Shown in pieces: positions 60,413 through 64,000 of a stretch of 64,000 nucleotides of DNA. This stretch comes from Nostoc sp. Its GTDB lineage: Bacteria; Cyanobacteriota; Cyanobacteriia; Cyanobacteriales; Nostocaceae. Position numbers and translations under genes: made by a program. How positions within the stretch are numbered: the first letter of the stretch is position 1; each line of letters begins with the position of its first letter. The stretch covers positions 16,486-80,485 of the forward strand of contig NZ_JBALCW010000082.1 in NCBI RefSeq assembly GCF_036917635.1, read 5' to 3'. The notes below the pieces were generated by a model. That model saw only the letters and a list, made by a program, of their open reading frames with translations, did no database searches and had not been told where the DNA came from.

Positions 60413-60536
60413 AGTTATGAGTTATGAATTATGAATTATGAGTTATGAGTAATTTATTCCTAACTCCTAACTTCTGACTCCTAACTCCTAACTTCTGACT
60501 CCTAACTCCTAACTTCTGACTCCTAACTCTGCTGAC
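60413..60536. repeat. STRR block with higher-order structure (AGTTATG units, then a 21-bp unit CCTAACTCCTAACTTCTGACT x3)
   Basis: Read directly. It fills the whole spacer before recG. Confidence 0.9.
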
Positions 60537-60538
60537 CA

Positions 60539-63016
60539 ATGACTAATGAAAAACCAGATTGGATAAGATTGCACAAAGCCTTGGCAATAGAAGCTGAACG
60601 CGGCTTTACAGACTTGATGGGCAGAGAATACCGTTTCAGTGAATTTTTAAGCCTGACTTTGGGCAAATTTCCAACAGGCTTACCCCAAACTGAACGCCGC
60701 CGTTGGCAAGGACTAGCGGTGCAATTTGCTAGTTATCCACATCTAGCACTGGAAGAAAGACAACATTTAGTAGCAGAGACTCGTAGATATCTCTCCCAAC
60801 TACAGCAGGAGGAACAGGGGAGTAGAGGAGCAGAGGAGCAGGGGAAAATTAATCACTTCAAAATCCCAAATCCCAAATCTCCAATTGTTGCTGAGGTGAG
60901 TCGGAGGCTTGCACCGAGCATTGAGCAAAAACTCAGCGATTTACCAGAAATAGGCTTCAAAAAAGCTGATAATTTGGCACGGCTTGGTTTACACACCGTC
61001 CGCGATATGCTTTTCTACTATCCTCGTGACCACATTGATTATGCGCGTCAGGTGAATATCCGCGAGTTACAGGCGGGTGAGACGGTGACAATAGTGGCTA
61101 CAGTGAAGCGTTGCAACTTCTTTACTAGCCCTAAAAATCAGAAATTATCAATTTTAGAACTGGTCGTAAAAGATAACAGTGGTCAAATCAAAATTAGTCG
61201 TTTTTACGCAGGTACGCGCTTTAGTAGTCGCGCTTGGCAAGAAAGTTTAAAACGCCGTTATCCAGTAGGTAGTATTTTGGCGGCGTGTGGGTTGGTGAAA
61301 GAAAGTAAATACGGCTTGACACTGGATAACCCAGAACTAGAGGTTTTGGGAAATCCAGGAGATTCGATTGAGTCGCTGAATATTGGGCGGGTAGTGCCAA
61401 TTTATGGACTGACTGAAGGCGTGGTGGCGAATACAGTGCGACAGGCGGTAATTACTGCTTTACCTGCTGCGGCTAGCCTGAAAGACCCCTTGCCAAGTGG
61501 TTTGCGACAAAAGTATGGTTTGATGGAATTGAAAGATGCGATCGCTAACATTCATTTTCCCAGCGATAGTGACGCTTTAAAAGTTGCCCGTCGTCGCCTA
61601 GTTTTTGATGAGTTTTTCTACCTACAACTTGGTTTACTACAACGTCAACAGCAAGCAAGGGCGATTCAAACCAGCGCCATCCTCGTTCCACGCGGTCAAC
61701 TTGTAGAGAAATTCTACGAAATACTGCCTTTTCAACTCACTGGCGCACAGCAACGAGTCCTCAACGACATCCTCAACGATTTACAAAAACCTGCACCAAT
61801 GAATCGTTTAGTCCAAGGTGATGTCGGTTCTGGTAAAACGGTCGTTGCCGTGCTAGCTATCCTCGCAGCAATTCAATCTGGCTACCAAGCGGCGCTGATG
61901 GCTCCTACAGAAGTTTTGGCAGAACAACATTATCGCAAGTTAGTTAGTTGGTTTAACCTATTGCATTTACCAGTGGAATTACTGACAGGCTCCACCAAAA
62001 CTGCTAAACGAAGACAAATACATTCTCAGTTAGCAACTGGTGAATTACCTCTGTTAGTGGGAACCCATGCATTGATTCAAGACCCTGTAAACTTCCATCA
62101 ACTTGGGTTAGTGGTGATTGATGAACAGCATCGCTTTGGGGTAGAACAACGGGCGCGTTTGCAGCAAAAAGGTGAGCAACCCCATGTGTTGACTATGACA
62201 GCTACTCCGATTCCCAGAACCTTAGCACTGACGATACACGGGGATTTAGATGTCAGCCAGATTGATGAGCTACCGCCAGGACGACAAAAGATTCAGACAA
62301 CAGTATTATCAGGTCAGCAACGCAACCATGCTTACGACCTCATCCGGCGAGAAATTGCCCAAGGTAGACAAGTTTATGTGGTTTTGCCCTTGGTGGAAGA
62401 ATCAGAAAAACTGGATTTGCGATCGGCTGTTGAGGAGCATCAAAAGTTACAAGAAAGCGTTTTTCCCGACTTTCAAGTGGGGCTACTGCACGGTCGCATG
62501 AGTTCAGCCGATAAGGACGAATCTATTACCAAATTTCGTGATAACCAAACGCAGATTCTAGTTTCGACTACTGTTGTTGAAGTTGGTGTAGACGTACCTA
62601 ATGCTACAGTAATGCTCATTGAAAATGCAGAGCGATTTGGCTTATCGCAACTCCACCAACTGCGGGGGCGTGTTGGTCGTGGCGCGGCTCAGTCTTACTG
62701 TCTGTTGATGAGTAGTTCCAGAAGTCCTGATGCTCAACAACGCTTGAAGGTGTTGGAACAATCTCAGGATGGTTTTTTCATCTCCGAAATGGATATGCGT
62801 TTTCGTGGCCCTGGGCAAGTATTGGGAACTCGTCAATCAGGAGTGCCAGATTTTACTTTAGCGAGTTTGGTTGACGATGAAGAAGTTTTACTTTTAGCGC
62901 GGCAAGCAGCAGAGAAAATTATAGAGATGGATGCAACTTTAGAGCGTTGGTATTTGATGAAAGAAGAGTTGAAGTATCGATATGAGCGATTGATGGGTGG
63001 GGCGATTTTGACATAA
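60539..63016 (+). CDS. recG: ATP-dependent DNA helicase RecG
   Basis: Walker A GDVGSGKT, DEQHRFG, QLHQLRGRVGRG. 825 aa with a cyanobacterial N-terminal extension. Confidence 0.95.
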   Translation: MTNEKPDWIRLHKALAIEAERGFTDLMGREYRFSEFLSLTLGKFPTGLPQTERRRWQGLAVQFASYPHLALEERQHLVAETRRYLSQLQQEEQGSRGAEEQGKINHFKIPNPKSPIVAEVSRRLAPSIEQKLSDLPEIGFKKADNLARLGLHTVRDMLFYYPRDHIDYARQVNIRELQAGETVTIVATVKRCNFFTSPKNQKLSILELVVKDNSGQIKISRFYAGTRFSSRAWQESLKRRYPVGSILAACGLVKESKYGLTLDNPELEVLGNPGDSIESLNIGRVVPIYGLTEGVVANTVRQAVITALPAAASLKDPLPSGLRQKYGLMELKDAIANIHFPSDSDALKVARRRLVFDEFFYLQLGLLQRQQQARAIQTSAILVPRGQLVEKFYEILPFQLTGAQQRVLNDILNDLQKPAPMNRLVQGDVGSGKTVVAVLAILAAIQSGYQAALMAPTEVLAEQHYRKLVSWFNLLHLPVELLTGSTKTAKRRQIHSQLATGELPLLVGTHALIQDPVNFHQLGLVVIDEQHRFGVEQRARLQQKGEQPHVLTMTATPIPRTLALTIHGDLDVSQIDELPPGRQKIQTTVLSGQQRNHAYDLIRREIAQGRQVYVVLPLVEESEKLDLRSAVEEHQKLQESVFPDFQVGLLHGRMSSADKDESITKFRDNQTQILVSTTVVEVGVDVPNATVMLIENAERFGLSQLHQLRGRVGRGAAQSYCLLMSSSRSPDAQQRLKVLEQSQDGFFISEMDMRFRGPGQVLGTRQSGVPDFTLASLVDDEEVLLLARQAAEKIIEMDATLERWYLMKEELKYRYERLMGGAILT

Positions 63017-63356
63017 TAAACTTCTTTTTTGTTGAAGTTAATCAACTTATACAGTTAAATTATAAATTAAACTCTTGTATATACGCGATTTCAAGCGTCC
63101 GGTTGTTACAGTGTTAATCAGATGACAAATTAAAAGCATCTGAAAGGTTTTTGAGAACAGACTCTATAAGAATACAAATACAAAACAATAGATAAGCGAT
63201 CTGCGGGTTAACAAAATTCGGAATTTATCCAGGAGAGACTGCAACCGTGAAAAGGCATGGCTTGCTAAATAAGTCTTACATTCTGTGACTACGATGCTTG
63301 TTTAGCTCAACGTTAATATTGTATTGCTGTTAGAGAGTGAAATTGTCTCAATTATC

Positions 63357-63507
63357 GGGAGCATCCCAAATGTGCAAAAACGTTGATAGCCCTAACCCCT
63401 TCTCCCAAAGATGGGAGAAGGGGAACTAGAATTATGTCTCCCCTCTCCCAAATATGGAAGAGGGGCTGGGGGTGAGGGAAAAGATTTAAGCAAAATTGGG
63501 ATGCTCC
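63357..63507. mobile_element. MITE (151 bp), second copy of the GGGAGCATCCC/GGGATGCTCC family
   Basis: Near-identical to 38961-39121 apart from a ~10-bp indel. Flanked by TCAATTATC (63348-63356) and ACAATTATC (63508-63516). Confidence 0.8.
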
Positions 63508-63625
63508 ACAATTATCAAGCAATAAATTTGAAATTTACTAAGAGGTTGTTTGAAAAGTCCTCTTGCCAGTATTAAAAGTTTTAGATCCCTCTAAATCCCT
63601 CTTAAAAAGGGGGACTTTGATTCCG

Positions 63626-63988
63626 TTGAATTTCAGCGCAGTGAAGGAACTTAACGATGAGGTGGCTACTACCTGTAGTGGTGGCATTACTTACCAGGGA
63701 AGCAACGACCCAGATATAATTTTATACAACGATCCAAATGGACAAGGGAGGAGTCTAAATATCAATGCATCGATAGGTGATGGCGATCCCAACATTGGGA
63801 TAGATAACGAAGGCAGTATTAACAATTTCAACGATCAAGCCTCGTCTATTCTGATTATACGGGGTAGTTGGAATTTCTTTCAGGACTCAGGTTTTAGAGG
63901 ACAGGCTACTGGTATTCTCGGTCCAGGAGTTTTATATAATCTTGGGGCTAATAACGACGCAATCACTTCCGCGTTCCGTGTAGGGTAG
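63626..63988 (+). CDS. double-glycine-leader peptide fused to a microbial beta/gamma-crystallin domain
   Basis: A TTG at 63626 lies behind AAAAAGGGGGA and gives MNFSAVKELNDEVATTCSGG, then about 100 aa with the Greek-key signature FQDSGFRG and Ca-binding-type motifs FNDQASS and NNDAITS. The track start at 63563 lies inside a dispersed repeat. Confidence 0.5.
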   Translation: MNFSAVKELNDEVATTCSGGITYQGSNDPDIILYNDPNGQGRSLNINASIGDGDPNIGIDNEGSINNFNDQASSILIIRGSWNFFQDSGFRGQATGILGPGVLYNLGANNDAITSAFRVG

Positions 63989-64000
63989 ATTTGACTTAAG

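Noticed and set aside
1-64000. Search by eye for tRNA, rRNA, tmRNA, RNase P RNA and SRP RNA signatures (GGTTCGAATCC-type T-loops, GAAAGTCCGGGCT, GGAAGGAAGCAGC).
   Set aside because: I found none of these signatures. A covariance-model scan (tRNAscan-SE, Infernal) would be needed to exclude them formally.

Overview
This is a chromosomal window from a filamentous, heterocyst-forming cyanobacterium (Nostoc/Anabaena type). Three things support that: many 7-bp tandem repeat (STRR) tracts between genes, frequent HIP1 octamers (GCGATCGC), and the gene content (chlB, pcyA, cyanoP, a devBCA-type exporter, and the nucA/nuiA nuclease-inhibitor pair). Most of the window is ordinary core genome: ispG, dapB, recG, rpsB-tsf, rpmG-rpsR, rpmI-rplT, RNase II/R, a Ctp protease, cobH and maf. 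Small toxin-antitoxin modules and MITE-like repeats are scattered among these genes. By eye I found no rRNA, tRNA, CRISPR array, transposase or integrase. The clearly accessory part is 27.1-34.3 kb, directly downstream of chlB. There the 3' end of chlB, with its terminator, occurs three times as diverged direct copies. The first two intervals each hold one small cassette: a vapBC module, then a 3-ORF operon that looks like a toxin/immunity pair plus a DUF4926-like gene. After the third copy comes an AT-rich, HIP1-poor block with two unknown ORFs and a 1048-aa plasmid-type primase-helicase (CyRepA-like), and no recombinase is visible. I consider this serial cassette capture at a photosynthesis gene the most interesting signal in the window. 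Other points worth a second look are a MITE family with 9-bp target-site duplications (one copy splits a long structured hairpin), a Zur-like box in front of an orphan ZnuA-like gene, a beta/gamma-crystallin domain fused to a double-glycine leader, a copper amine oxidase, and STRR-like repeats translated inside recG. All family names come from reading the translations and recalling motifs; no database search was run.
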